Shown: positions 12,967 to 25,514 of the stretch, piece by piece
Position numbering within the stretch: position 1 is the stretch's first letter
Layout of the letters: every line of letters starts with the position of its first letter
Source of the DNA: Octopus vulgaris
Taxonomy: Eukaryota
NCBI GenBank assembly: GCA_951406725.2
Contig: OX597831.1
Coordinates: 55,428,001 to 55,492,000, forward strand
Reading direction: 5' to 3'
Length of the DNA: 64,000 bases
Position numbers and translations under genes: made by a program
The notes under the pieces: model-generated
Told to the model about the DNA's origin: nothing
The model's database searches: none
The model's input: the letters and a program-made list of their open reading frames with translations, nothing else

Positions 12967-13280
12967 AAGTGGTTCTCAACCGGTTTCCATGTAAAAGTTT
13001 TGGGGGATCACGCAAGAAATATAGTAAATTGGAGATTTATTGAGCGGGACCATGAAACAATTTTGTTTTAGATGTATTTATGGCACGAAAAGGCTAGGTT
13101 TCTTTCTTTAATGCTTTACATAGTTTAACCTACACAAATTAATGTGTGAATAACAAAATAGGAATTTTGAAAGAAGCATCTATATAGCTGGCTTTTAAAC
13201 ATCGAATGGCTACGGGAGTCCACCAGAATGGAATAGTTATCAAAGGGGTCCACAAGCAAAAAATAGGTTGAGAATCACTG
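12967..13280. mobile_element. hAT (Charlie/MER5-like) MITE
   Basis: TIRs agtggttctcaacc / ggttgagaatcactg; related copies at 14983-16256 and 50927-51075. Confidence 0.75.
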
Positions 13281-13482
13281 TGCTAAACGTTTCTGTCCAG
13301 TCTTTGAAATACACTCCTAGCTATGTTAAGGGTGTATTTTCGTCAAGAGAGATTCTCAGTGATAATGAGGGCTGTAGCTGAGTACCCTCATGTTAAGTAG
13401 AGTAAAATGTAATGATGTTTTCCTTACTTGAGTGGTACTAGAGTTGTTTTTCTTTTTCATTTCAAACCGTTGGCTTTTAAAT

Positions 13483-13657
13483 CGCAGGAGTGGCTGTGTG
13501 GTAAGTAGCTTGCTTGCCAACCACATGGTTCCGGATTCAGTCCCACTGCGTGGCACCTTGGGCAAGTGTCTTCTACTATAGCCTCGGGCCGGCCAAAGCC
13601 TTGTGAGTGGATTTGGTGCACGGAAACTGAAAGAAGCCCGTCGTATATATGTATATT

Positions 13658-13704
<47 letters not shown>

Positions 13705-14036
13705 CTGTGACTGTGTTTAATATCTATTTATTATATATGTATATGTAGGCGCAGGAGTGGCTGTGTGGTAAGTGGCTTACTTACCAACCACATGGCTCCA
13801 GGTATAGTTCCACTGCGTGGCACCTTGGGTAAGTATCTTCTACTATAGCCTCGGGCCGACCAAAGCCTTGTGAGTGGATTTGGTAGACGGAAACTTAAAG
13901 AAGTCCGTTGTATGTATGTATGTATGTATGTATGTATGTATGTATGTATGTATGTATGTATGCATGCATGCATGCATGCATGTATGTATGTGTGTGTTTA
14001 TGTGTGTATGTGTGTATGTGTGTGTGTGTGTATGTA

Positions 14037-14094
<58 letters not shown>

Positions 14095-14325
14095 TGTATG
14101 TTTGTGTGTTTGTGTTTGGCCTCCCACCAACATCGCTTGGTAACCGATGCTGGTGTGTTTACGTCCCCGTAACTTAGCGGTTCTGCAAAAGAGACCGATA
14201 GAGTAAGTACTAGGCTTCCAAAGAATAAGTCCTGGGGGGTCGATTTGCTCGACTAAAGGCGGTGCTCCAGCATGGTCGCAGTCAAATGACTAAAACAAGT
14301 TAAAGGTTAAAAAGTGAGTAAAAGA
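13483..14325 (+). mobile_element. Two SINE family B copies (truncated 13483-13705, full 13747-14325) with internal microsatellite
   Basis: ggcgcaggagtggctgtgtggtaag head; ccttgggcaagtgtcttctactatagcctcggg CORE-like segment; tail ggcggtgctccagcatgg. Confidence 0.9.
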
Positions 14326-14502
14326 GAGACGCCCGGTTGGATTTTGGATTCGGAAATATGAAGAGAGAAAAAGGTAAATTCAGCCATTTATTTACTCAGA
14401 TGAAGGCCTTGACATTATGGACCACCTTTCACCACTGACTTCATAGCGGCAATTATTAACATATATCTCCTCTCCCTCTCACTTCCTCGATGAAAGATAA
14501 GC

Positions 14503-14700
<198 letters not shown>

Positions 14701-15037
14701 ACAGAGATAGAGACAGAGAAAGTTTGCTTGTTGCTGCGTAGTTAATTGCGCGGAAATGTAAAAATGTGTAGAAGTGAACGGGAAGAACGTATACGCATTT
14801 CTATTATTGATGTTTATTTAGACCAGCGTCTATCAGACGAAGGGACAGTCTATTTACCACTTCTTCCATCATGCTGGGCTCTAACGCTTGAAAAGGGGCA
14901 AACAAATGGCTAAGTTTAACAAAACTAAAATGGTTTTAAACAAGTCTCCTTATCATGGCGAAGACAGAAGGATAATATAGAGCAGCGGTTCTCAACGGGG
15001 GTCCATATGACTCCTGGCGGGGGAGGGGATCTATATA

Positions 15038-15456
15038 CAGTGATCCCTCGTTTATCGCGGTAGATTGGTTCCAAGACCGGCCGCGATAACTGAATTTCCG
15101 CGAAGTAGGGACACCATATTTACAGTATTTATTTAACGTGTATTTGGACTTTTAAAACCCTCTCTGTACTGTTAACAACCCACCCATTACAGTAGTCTAT
15201 TTATAACAAGGACAACTGTTAAGCAATAACACTTTAGATTTACAAAAATAAAGATTGTTACTGTTACATAGGCCGGATTACAAAATAGAAAGCTGTGATT
15301 TGTCGTCTCTCTCCATTGCACCAATCACAGCCCGTCATAAGTTTAAATACCCCTGTATATGCTTTTTTGCTATTTTACGCTTGTTTTGTTGTTCCTAGAC
15401 TAGGAAATAATATTTATTATTAATATTTTAATGGATTTAATGAACAATTTTAGGCG

Positions 15457-15522
<66 letters not shown>

Positions 15523-15557
15523 AAATCCGCGATAGTTGAACCGCGAATTTGGAGGGT
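15038..15557. mobile_element. pogo/Tigger-like MITE
   Basis: ta|cagtgatccctcgtttatcgcgg start; ccgcgatagttgaaccgcgaatttggaggg end (right TIR eroded). Confidence 0.65.
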
Positions 15558-15960
15558 TCATGCAAGCAAAACAGTAAATTGAGAGTTTACAGTTGTATTT
15601 TAAGCGTCCAGAAGAAAAATTTTGCTTTAGATGGATTTATCGCAAGAAACAGCTAAATTTATTCTAATTAGTCTTGTAAAAAAACAACGTGACTAAATTA
15701 GTTGTTTGTGTCAAGGATGTATGTTGTTTATGTAATCCACAAATAAAGTAAAAATTTCAGTCTGAATATTATAAGCTGGAGCAATTCTTTGACTCTGTAA
15801 CATCCCCCAGTTATTAATAGGGTATCAAGCAATAAAATTTTTATCTGAATTCAACGTGTTTCCAGCTAATGAAACATGTTCTTTCAGAGTGTGCTATGGC
15901 AAACCTATACAAGCGAACGTGTGAAAATGAAATTGGGAATTTTGAAATAATTAACATATG

Positions 15961-16152
15961 GCTTATGGCCATATCACGTTGAAAGCATCGGTTCTCGTCT
16001 GATCACCGAAGTTAAGCAACGTCGAGCCTAGTCAGTACTTAGATGGGTGACCGCTTGGGAAACCTAGGTGCAGTAAGCATAGCACAGTTCAGCGGTGGTG
16101 CCCCAGCATGACCGCGGCCTTCGGGCTAAAACATTTTTAAGGATTTAAGGAT
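15961..16152 (+). mobile_element. 5S rRNA-derived SINE (SINE3) or 5S retropseudogene with LINE-type tail
   Basis: 15961-16080 is a full-length 5S-like sequence (gcttatggcc...gaagttaagcaac...agtacttagatgggtgaccgcttgggaa...gtaagcat) with no oligo-T terminator; followed by ggtgccccagcatg stem-loop tail and (ttaaggat)x2. Confidence 0.85.
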
Positions 16153-17414
16153 ATTAAAACTAGTTTTTAAACATCGAATGGTAATGGGGGTCTACAAGAA
16201 TAAAATGGTAATCAAAAGGGTTCATAATTTTTTTTTAAAATGACTGAGAACCGTTGATATAGATGCATTTTCAGTTTTCTCTTTAATAATCATTTTACCA
16301 ATTCGTTTTGCAAGATTCCTGATGAGGAGTCGTGTGTTGAAACAGATATTGTTGTATTTCGGGATGGTCATTTTATTTTATTTTGTTTACTTATTTATTG
16401 CCTGGACATAAGCCTGAATTTTTTAGGTGAGGGAGCTAGTCAATTACGTCGACTCCAGAGTACACTTGGTACTCATTTCATCGACCTCGAAAGGATAAAA
16501 ACGTAAAATTGAACTCGGAACGTTAAGTCAGACGAAATGTCCGATAAGTATTTTGTCTGGCGTGCAAAAAATTTTGCCAGATCGCTTTGTTTCGCTCTAT
16601 AAACTAGAATATTTCAGGCCCATCGCCACGCATTCATGCCTAGGGGTGCTTCAGGATATTCTGGGTGGGTACTAATTTGGGTCAATACTCACCCGTTAAT
16701 GAAAAAAAAACCCAAAAAACCCAGCCTGCTGGGTGTTAACAACTGTGTAGAAAACGAAACCAGTGCAAAACATCGTGTGTTTGTGAAACTGAAAATGGTC
16801 TTGCCCATTTAAGATTTGGCTGTTATTTCTAGCCTGTGGATAGCCTGCTTGAAGGCCAAGGCAATAGAATTGGGAGGGGAGGGTGTTGGGTTTTTTTTTT
16901 TTTTTCAATACATATCCATTTTCCTGAAAGTTATGAGGGAAAAATCGGACCTTGTGTATTTTCCGAAATTCCTCTCCCCACCCTCCAGGTTTGTTTGCGC
17001 AATTTTTTTTCTTTTCATATTCGTTTTCTACACAGTTGGTCAACGAGTGAAGATCCTTATATTGACCCTAATTTGTAATAATGCTAAAGTGAAGTAAATC
17101 TGAGGGTGCACCATTGAATAGTGAAATATTAGTCAATTTGTGAATCATGGATTTAAACCCACGTCAAGCCTGATAGAGTAAACATATTTCATCTACGGTG
17201 TTCCATCCGTAACCATCACGTTCTTTTGTATACCAGGGACAACATTACTCCGCGTGACTTTCTCGCAATTTTTTTTTTTTTTTTTCAAGAAGAAAATAAA
17301 ATAAAGGGCGGATGAAATTTGGCTGCTATTTCTTTCTAACTGTTCAAGCATAAAGGTTCCCTTATAAATACGTTTTTTGTATATTTCGTAGATGCGCATG
17401 AACAAGTTGACGCG

Positions 17415-17531
<117 letters not shown>

Positions 17532-18413
17532 TATACATCTAAATTTAAAACTAGGATGTAAAGTAATTTATGCGTATCAACGAGTACGCTATTCAGGTCT
17601 TAAAACTTATAGTTACTTCTGCGTGTTTTCCCCTTATCCCTTACAAAAGAGAACAGGAACGTCTGAAAATAGTCATCAAAGTTATAGCCAATCAGAAGTG
17701 TTGAAAAATAAACAAAAACACCACCCGGCAGCTATAAAACAAAGCAACGCCTTCGAATTAAAGGAAGATAAAAGATTGCCAAGGTTATGAACAACATTCA
17801 CATACACGCACAAACACATACAAACATACACACCCACACACACACACGCGCACACACATCTATATACCCACAGATACTCACATACAGACATGCATGCACA
17901 TACATACACAAATACACACACAACCACACTCAAACATACGTACATGTACGCACACACATACACGCACAAACACTAAACAAACATTTCCCCCACACACAGA
18001 CACACACATACTCTCTCCGTCAGTGTGTCGGTCTCGTTTATGTTCAAGGTCACAATCTTTTTTCTTTTTTTTGCAAAACCGTAGACGCTTATATTCCCCC
18101 CTTTCCTAAACGAGTAGTAATTTATTGACTACGTGACGCTTGAAGGTAAAATGGAAAATTTGGAACGTACGCATAACAGCCTCGATTTTATTAGCAAAAG
18201 CAAATATGGTCGATCTAACCGTCTTTTTTATATAATAATAATAATAATAATAATTGTGTACAGTGCTCAGGTGCACTACAACTCATCTAAAGTGTATATA
18301 TAATCAGGTGAAGTTTCGGCGGATTTCGGAACAGAAAGAAACACAAGCGGCGATTTTTCTCTTACATTTATGTACTAGATCTCAGAATGATAGAAGTCGA
18401 ATCTGACAAGAAT

Positions 18414-20525
18414 ATGTTCTGAGTTCAAATACCGTCGGGGTCGTTTTAACGTATCAGACGCACGGATCTTTTCGGTTTGAACGGCAATTTTTTCTAGCGG
18501 TGTCATATGAAATTACCTTTCATCCTTTCGGAGTCGATAAATTAAGTACCAGTTACGCACTGGAGTTGATGTAATCGTCTTAATCCGTTTGTCTGTCCTT
18601 GTTTGTCCCCTCTGTGTTTAGCCCCTTGTGGGTAGTAAAGAAATAGGTATTTCATCTGACTTTATTTTCTGAGTTCAAATTCCGCCGAGGTCCACTTTGC
18701 CTTTCATCCTTTCGGGGTCGATAAATGTTTATTTGAGTAATTGGAATTCGGAACAGAAAGAAACACAAGCGGCGATTTTTCTCTTACATTTATGTACTAG
18801 ATCTCAGAATTGTTTGTCCACTTTATGTTTAGCCCTTTGTGGGTAGTAAAGAAATAGGTATTTCGTCTGCCGCTACGTTCTGAGTTCAAATTCCGCCGAG
18901 GTCGACTTTGCCTTTCATCCTTTCGGGATCGATAAATTAAGTACCAGTTACGCACTGGAGTTGATGTAATCGTCTTAATCCGTTTGTCTGTCCTTGTTTG
19001 TCCCCTCTGTGTTTAGCCCCTTATGGGTAGTAAAGAAATAGGTATTTCATCTGACTTTATTTTCTGAGTTCAAATTCCGCCGAGGTCCACTTTGCCTTTC
19101 ATCCTTTCGGGGTCGATAAATTTAATACCAGTTGAACACTGAGGTCGAGGTAATCGACTTAACCCCACCCTAAAAATTTATGTTTAGCCCTTTGTGGGTA
19201 GTAAAGAAATAGGTATTTCGTCTGCCGCTACGTTCTGAGTTCAAATTCCGCCGAGGTCGACTTTGCCTTTCATCCTTTCGGGATCGATAAATTAAGTGCC
19301 AGTTACGCACTGGGGTCGATGTAATCGTCTTAATCCGTTTGTCTGTCCTTGTTTGTCCCCTCTATGTTTAGCCCCTTTTGGGGCAGTAAAGAAATAAGAA
19401 AATAAGAATCGTCAGCACGCCGGCCGAAATGCTAAACTGTATTTCGCCCGTCGCTACTTTCTAAGTTCAAATTCTACCGAGGTCGATTTTTCCTTCCATC
19501 CTTTCGGGGTCGATAAATTTAATACCAGTTGAACACTGAGGTCGAGGTAATCGACTTAACCCCACCCTAAAATTTATGGCCTTCTGCTTACAGTAGAAAG
19601 GATTATTATTATTATTATTGCTTTCCGGCTCTTTACGTTCAGAACTCAAATGCCGATGAGGTCGCTTTTGCCTTTGATCCTTTCCGGGTCGATGAAATAA
19701 GTACCAGCTGAGAACTGGGTCGATGTAATCGACTTACACCCTCGCTTAAAATTCCATGCCTTGTAACTATAGTAGAAAGAATTATTATTTGTAACTATAG
19801 TAGAAAGAATTATTATTGCTGTAACTATAGTAGAAAGAATTATTGCTGTTGCAAAGGCGGCGAGCATGGCTGAAGCGTTAGAGCATCAGATAAATATACC
19901 TATTGATGTTTCTTCCAGCTCTTTACATTGTTAGTTCGAATTCCGTCAAAGTCAATTTTACTTTTCATCCTTTCGGGGTCGATAAAGTAAGTACCAACCA
20001 AATATTGGGGCTAATGTAATCAATTAATCCATCTCCCCTAAAATTGCTGACTTTGTTCCAATATTAAAACAACTTTTTACATTATTGTCGTTGTTAAGGC
20101 GGTGAGCTTGGCCAGAGCGTTAGAGCGCCGGTCAAAATGCCTTGAGCCAAAATTCGAATCTATTATCGTAAGCACGTCATAAGAAATGCCTAGTGGTACT
20201 TCTGACTCTTTACTTTCTGGTTCGAAATTCCGCCGAGGGCGACCTTGGCTTTCATCCTTTCGGGGTCGATAAAATACTGGCGCCGAAGTAATCGACTTAG
20301 CCTATCTCTCAAAACTACTGACCTTGTTCCAAAATTTGAAATCATTATAAGACAGCGAAATGGCAAAATCGTTAGCCCACCGGACAAAATGTTTAGCGGC
20401 GTTCAAATTCCGCCGAGGTTGTCTGCATTCCATCCTTTCGAGGTCGATAAAATAAGTACCAGACAAGTCCTGGGGTCGATGTAATCAATTAACTCCCTGC
20501 CTTAAAACATTTCAGGCCTTGTGCC
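18414..20525. repeat. Cluster/tandem array of SINE family A units with local duplications
   Basis: Repeated aaagaaatag|gtatttc junctions near 18646, 18857, 19041 and 19213; unique block 18325-18388 duplicated at 18746-18810. Confidence 0.85.
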
Positions 20526-20539
20526 TACTCTTTGCTGTT

Positions 20540-20753
20540 TACTCTCTCTTTTACTTGTTTCAGTCATTTTGATAGTGGCCATGCTGGAGCACCGCCTTTA
20601 GTCGAGCAAATCGAACCCAGGACTTATTCCTTGTAAACCTAGTACTTATTCTATCGATCTCTTTTTGCCGAACCACTAAGTTACGGGGATGTAAACTCAC
20701 CAGCATCGGTTGTCAAGTAATGTTGGGGGGTGGGGACAAACACAGACACACAA

Positions 20754-20784
<31 letters not shown>

Positions 20785-20952
20785 AATATACGACAGGCTT
20801 CTTTCAGTTTCCGTCTACCAAATCCACTCACAAGGCTTTGGTCGGCCCGAGGCTATAGTAGAAGACACTTGCCCAAGGTACCACGCTGTGGGACTGAACC
20901 CGGAACCATGTGGTTCGTAAGCAAGCTACTTACCACACAGCCACTCCTACGC
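20540..20952 (-). mobile_element. SINE family B
   Basis: Reverse complement of the 13747-14325 type. Confidence 0.9.
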
Positions 20953-21094
20953 CATATCTCCATTTATTTTGTTTATTTTCACCTGTTATTTACCTATGTG
21001 GGTACCGAATTAATTTCCACGCGTTTTATGTCTGGCTAAAAATTAATTTTGGGAATTTTTTTCAATTGCAACAAATTCATTTATTATTATTATT

Positions 21095-21130
<36 letters not shown>

Positions 21131-21259
21131 TATCAACGAATTATTTAAATATTGAGATTTTGCTTTAAAATCTTTCTTGAATTATTTATTCTCATTATCT
21201 TTTCTAATTGGAATTATAATCACGAAATTTATTAATAGAAAAACTTTGATAGAGAAATG

Positions 21260-22030
21260 GTTATTTAGAACGTTGCTTATTGTGAACATGCATTGCTGGC
21301 GCACCGTCTGTGCACACGCCAACAACGTGCTCCCAGTTTATGCCATGCGTGTTAAAGAATTGGATCCACTTTCTGGGATACATCGTTTGTAGCGGTTCGG
21401 GTGTTACGGGTTTCGCAAAAAAGGAATTCATCTTAGAGATGCTTGTTATGCACATAACGTACATAAACACAAAGTTGTGCTAAATCCACCACGTCAGTGG
21501 TTTCATCAATTTGGATGGCGACATAGTTAAATATTGATGTTTTTTATCTTTGAGATGACCTGAGACAAAATATTATCAGGCATCTCAGCGATTTTTTGAC
21601 TGACGGTGTTGTTGGAAAGTGAAACCTGTTTAAGCTTCTATAGTTCGGACGTTCCGAGCACGATGCCCTCCAAAGTTATGAGGTCGTTTTTTTTTTTTGC
21701 TTTTTTTGGGGGGGTTCAGCAATTTTCCTTGAAACCTCGAAGGAGGCTTTCAGACCAGAAACAATGTCCTGCATATACATTCCTGTGTCAGCAATCCTGG
21801 ATTTGACCAATTTGTCATCTTGGTGTCTGAAAAATTCCTCGTCTTGGTTGACTGCACTGGGATGTTTCATTTCCAAATGTCTCTTTAGCCTGCTGGGCTT
21901 GAGCGGAGAAGCTGCTAATATATCAGAGCACAAAACACACTGTGGTTTTTCCACTCCACCAGCAGTAAGCACGGTGAAACTGAAGCTCAAATATGACTTG
22001 TCATATCTCATTTTCTTTGTAAAAGACATT
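21260..22030 (-). pseudogene. hAT Buster/Charlie-type transposase remnant
   Basis: RYDKSYLSFSFT...PQCVLCSDIL...KPSRLKRHLEMKH (BED finger); WEHVVGVCTDGAPAM (catalytic D motif); probable TIR gtttgggaaccaagg near 24968-24982. Confidence 0.85.
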
Positions 22031-22132
22031 CTACAAATAAATATAACAATATGTAACTGTTGGACTGTAAATGCACAGAATTTTGTACTATTTCATTCTG
22101 TTGAGAAAACTTTGTTACTTTTACCAGTATAA

Positions 22133-22210
<78 letters not shown>

Positions 22211-22217
<7 letters not shown>

Positions 22218-23065
22218 AGGGATATTAGCCAACCGAATATGGCTAGGGACAGGGCAGGGTGGTGGGGGTGTCACTGTTGCATTTAGCCCCAGGCGAACAT
22301 CAACGTCACCAGATAGGCCTGACGCCATCACGGCGTCCTCTATCTTGCAAAGGGAGATCATTCACCAAGAAGCAGATACCACACACAAGGTGTATTGCTT
22401 ATTATCAACGTGTGGTAGGCATCGCTTCTCGATGAACGACCAACTGTGCAAGATATATATAAGGATTTTCAAGTAAATACATTTACTGATTTCGAAAATC
22501 TGTTCGACAGCAATAATAATTCTCTAAATGAGATGTAGACAGTGACTGCTCCATAATATAAGGGATATTAGCCAACCGAATATGGCTAGGGACAATGCAA
22601 CAGTGACACCCCCACCACCCTGCCCTGTCCCTAGCCATATTCGGTTGGCTAATATCCCTTATATTATGGAGCAGTCACTGTCTATATCTCATTTAGAGAA
22701 TTATTATTGCTGTCGAACAGATTTTCGAAATCAGTAAATGTATTTACTTGAAAATCCTTATATATATCTTGCACAGTTGGTCGTTCATCGAGAAGCGATG
22801 CCTACCACACGTTGATAATAGGCAATACACCTTGAAACCTAGGTCCGTGTGTGGTATCTGCTTCTTGGTGAATGATCTCCCTTGCAAGATAGAGGACGCC
22901 GTGATGGCGTCAGGCCTATCTGGTGACGTTGATGTTCGCCTGGGGCTAAATGCAACAGTGACACCCCCACCACCCTGCCCTGTCCCTAGCCATATTCGGT
23001 TGGCTAATATCCCTTATATTATGGAGCAGTCACTGTCTATATCTCATTTAGAGAATTATTATTGC
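22211..23065. mobile_element. Inverted pair of >1-unit tandem copies of a 355-bp HHR element, inside (TA)n
   Basis: Right arm periodicity 22594 to 22949 (355 bp); left arm is the reverse complement (343 bp); junction at 22593/22594; (TA)n on both sides. Confidence 0.85.
22806..22851 (+). ncRNA. Type I hammerhead ribozyme, U3-A8 core variant
   Basis: cacacg-TTGATAA-t-AGGcaatacaCCT-t-GAAA-C-ctag-GTC-cgtgtg; perfect 6-bp stem I. Confidence 0.8.
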
Positions 23066-23068
23066 TAT

Positions 23069-23138
<70 letters not shown>

Positions 23139-23139
23139 C

Positions 23140-23345
23140 AATATGTGACCGCGTGTGTATCGTTGGCGATTTTCTTTCTCCGTTTTACCTTCTTTAGACT
23201 TTTGCTATATTTTTGGTGAAGGGCTCCGTTGGAAACGTGAAACCATCTTTCTTTTCTTTCCTTTCCTGAGCCTCCAATAACACAGTACTTGTTCCACGTC
23301 CTCGCGTTGTTGTTTTTTCTTACTTGTTCTTCTTTTGATTGACTA
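23140..23345 (+). mobile_element. Short (TA)n-embedded element (group 2) with dead HHR
   Basis: Reverse-complement homolog of 26568-26769; TTGGTGA-a-gggctccgttg-GAAACGTG at about 23213-23240. Confidence 0.7.
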
Positions 23346-23349
23346 TATA

Positions 23350-23665
23350 TATATATATAAATGGAACAAAGATGCAATAGAGTGCATTAAAACGTTCGGA
23401 CAGATAGCCGATACAAAGGCAGACAAGAGAAGGACAGGCAAAAACAGACGGGTCATTCTTGGCTCTCTTTCATCAGTCAAGTCCCAGAAGTCACGATCAT
23501 TTTGGGCAGTTACACTTGAGATGGTTCGATCTGGTTGCCCCCCAAAAAAGTCTAAGCTAAGAGCGTTAGACCCCTTTGTAAGAAAGCTATCGAATGTGTA
23601 CGGCAACAACGACAAAAAAAAAACGGAGAAAATGGTACACAATTACGAATACAAACAACGGTAAG
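23350..23665 (+). pseudogene. Possible pogo-like transposase N-terminal HTH remnant
   Basis: KWNKDAIECIK...LEMVRSGCPPKKSKLRAL..FVRKL resembles psq/CENP-B HTH. Confidence 0.35.
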
Positions 23666-24035
23666 TTCTTATTCATGCAGAAGTTACTTCGATATTGGTT
23701 AATTTTGTTTTACTTCAATATCTTCATTTTAGTCATTCAGTTGGACTAAGGTCAAGCTTCTTACCATTGTGATGCCTTGTAGCTACTTTAAAAAAGTTCG
23801 ACTAAAAGTCGCTAGGTACTTTATGATATTGCTACTAGCTTGTCCTTTTATTGGCTTATTATGTCCTTACTTATTGATGCTTAATACAAACATAAAAAGT
23901 AAAATTAAGAATGAACTTACGATGATAAATATGTTGAAAATATAGGCGTTCTTAAATGTGTGATGGTGAAAACAAATCGCAACCTCTTTATGAACCACTC
24001 TCGCGGACTATGTCATCAATGAGCCGATATTACGG

Positions 24036-24667
24036 CCGCTGTAACAGCCTAGAATATACCCCTGCCCAGACGATACCCGGAGTTAGTCTAAGCTAGCCCC
24101 GACTATAGCCCTGTCCAGACTTATACCTCGTGCTTGCGGCCAAATAACACAGATGCACCTCACTTATAAAAGTTGCCTCAGAACATATATAAAATTTGAT
24201 ACCAATCGATGAAGAATTAAAAGTTACATGTAAATTCCGATTTAAACATAGCAATTTAGAATTATCAAATGCAACTATTCAATGTACCAATATAAACCCA
24301 ATGTATAGGTGGATTAGGAAAAAATTGACGACTCGCGCATGCTGCGCAGCGCACCTATACTATGAGTCATAGCCAAGACTCGCGCAAATATGGCCATTCG
24401 TGTTGGGTTTATATTGATATATTTTAAAGTATTTTGAATTTGATAATTCTAAATTGCTATGTTTAAATCGAAATTTACATGTAACTTTTAATTCTTCATC
24501 GAGTGATATTAAATATGTGTTCTGAGGCAACTTTTATAAGTGAGGTACATCTGTGTTATTTGTCTGCAAGCATGGGGTATATTCTGGCCTGGTTATCTGG
24601 AGGGGGTATAGTCTGCGCTAGCCCAGACGAGCTCCGGATAGGGGTATAATCTGGGCTGTTACACTGC
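24036..24667. mobile_element. Fold-back non-autonomous DNA element
   Basis: Arms of about 280 bp are reverse complementary (tgtaacagcc...ggctgttaca; cacttataaaagttgcctcagaaca / tgttctgaggcaacttttataagtg). Confidence 0.8.
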
Positions 24668-25379
24668 CAATTTTCAATCCTGTTTAGACTTGTGCCCATA
24701 TCCCCGCACCGATCGATAAAACCGCAGAGAGACGCCTGTATTCAAGTACGTGCATGTATGCCCTGCGCGCGTCGTGACGCGTTGTCTCAAATGCATTCTA
24801 TCTGTAAGGGGTTTTTTTTTACACATAAATTAGGGCTTCTGGGTAGTGTGTGCATGTTCAATGGTTCCAATTTTAGCTAAAACCGGAAAATCTAGGGTTT
24901 TGAACATTAAAAATCTGAAAATTGGCGACTCCTTCCCGGAACACTAAAATCGCTTCGCAGACTCCAGTTTGGGAACCAAGGCTCTAACATATGACTTTAA
25001 CATTAATAATCTTGCCGAACGCACACATACTGAACGTCTTTGACATCCGGCATGAAAAAAAAACACTAAGCATAAAGCAATGTGTTTACTGTTTATAAAA
25101 TATACTACAAAAAAGTAATAAACTCAGTTTAATTGATCTTAGTACCCACTGATGTGAACTGGTTGCAACAGAAACCGGAAGTGATGGCAGTTACTTCCTA
25201 TAATTTCACGTAAACAATGTATGTGACATAACCAACATATAGAATAAAGTAATATTTAACCCCACTTAAACGTCGATGTTCTGTTAGAACAAAATTTACA
25301 GCAGTAGATACCATGAAAGAAACTCTCGTAAAGGCTTTTGTTAATCTTTGATGAAAACCATACATATATCTATATATAT

Positions 25380-25487
25380 ATATATAAAACTGAGAATGTA
25401 TGTCTGTCTGTGTGTTTCCCAAAAACTTGAGAACTACACAACCAATTTCATTCAAATTTTACACATGCCTTAAGTAAGGCATGTGTA
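25380..25487 (+). mobile_element. Helitron-like 5' fragment ending in a hairpin
   Basis: tatataaaactgagaatgtatgtctgtctg...aaccaatttcattcaaattttacac; near-perfect palindrome tacacatgccttaagtaaggcatgtgta. Confidence 0.5.
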
Positions 25488-25514
25488 TATATATATATAC
25501 ATATATATATATAT

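Larger units (their letters stand above)
14983..16256. mobile_element. hAT MITE hosting nested insertions
   Basis: TIRs cagcggttctcaac / ctgagaaccgttg; 8-bp TSD atatagag / atatagat; internal blocks collinear with 12967-13280. Confidence 0.75.

Noticed and set aside
15961-16080. Functional 5S rRNA gene
   Set aside because: Solitary, inserted in a MITE, no oligo-T terminator, and followed by a retroposon tail
16319-16365. CTGATGA...GAAAC hammerhead-like string
   Set aside because: No convincing stem I or stem II; could be a decayed copy but not supportable
18500-19400. CRISPR-like regular repeats
   Set aside because: Tandem SINE units with no unique spacers, no cas genes, and a eukaryotic context
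22255-22300. Twister ribozyme in the actgttgcatttagccccagg motif
   Set aside because: Lacks the twister conserved residues and double pseudoknot pairing
23335-23670. Host exon ending in a gtaagt donor
   Set aside because: No acceptor or partner exons; more like a transposase HTH remnant
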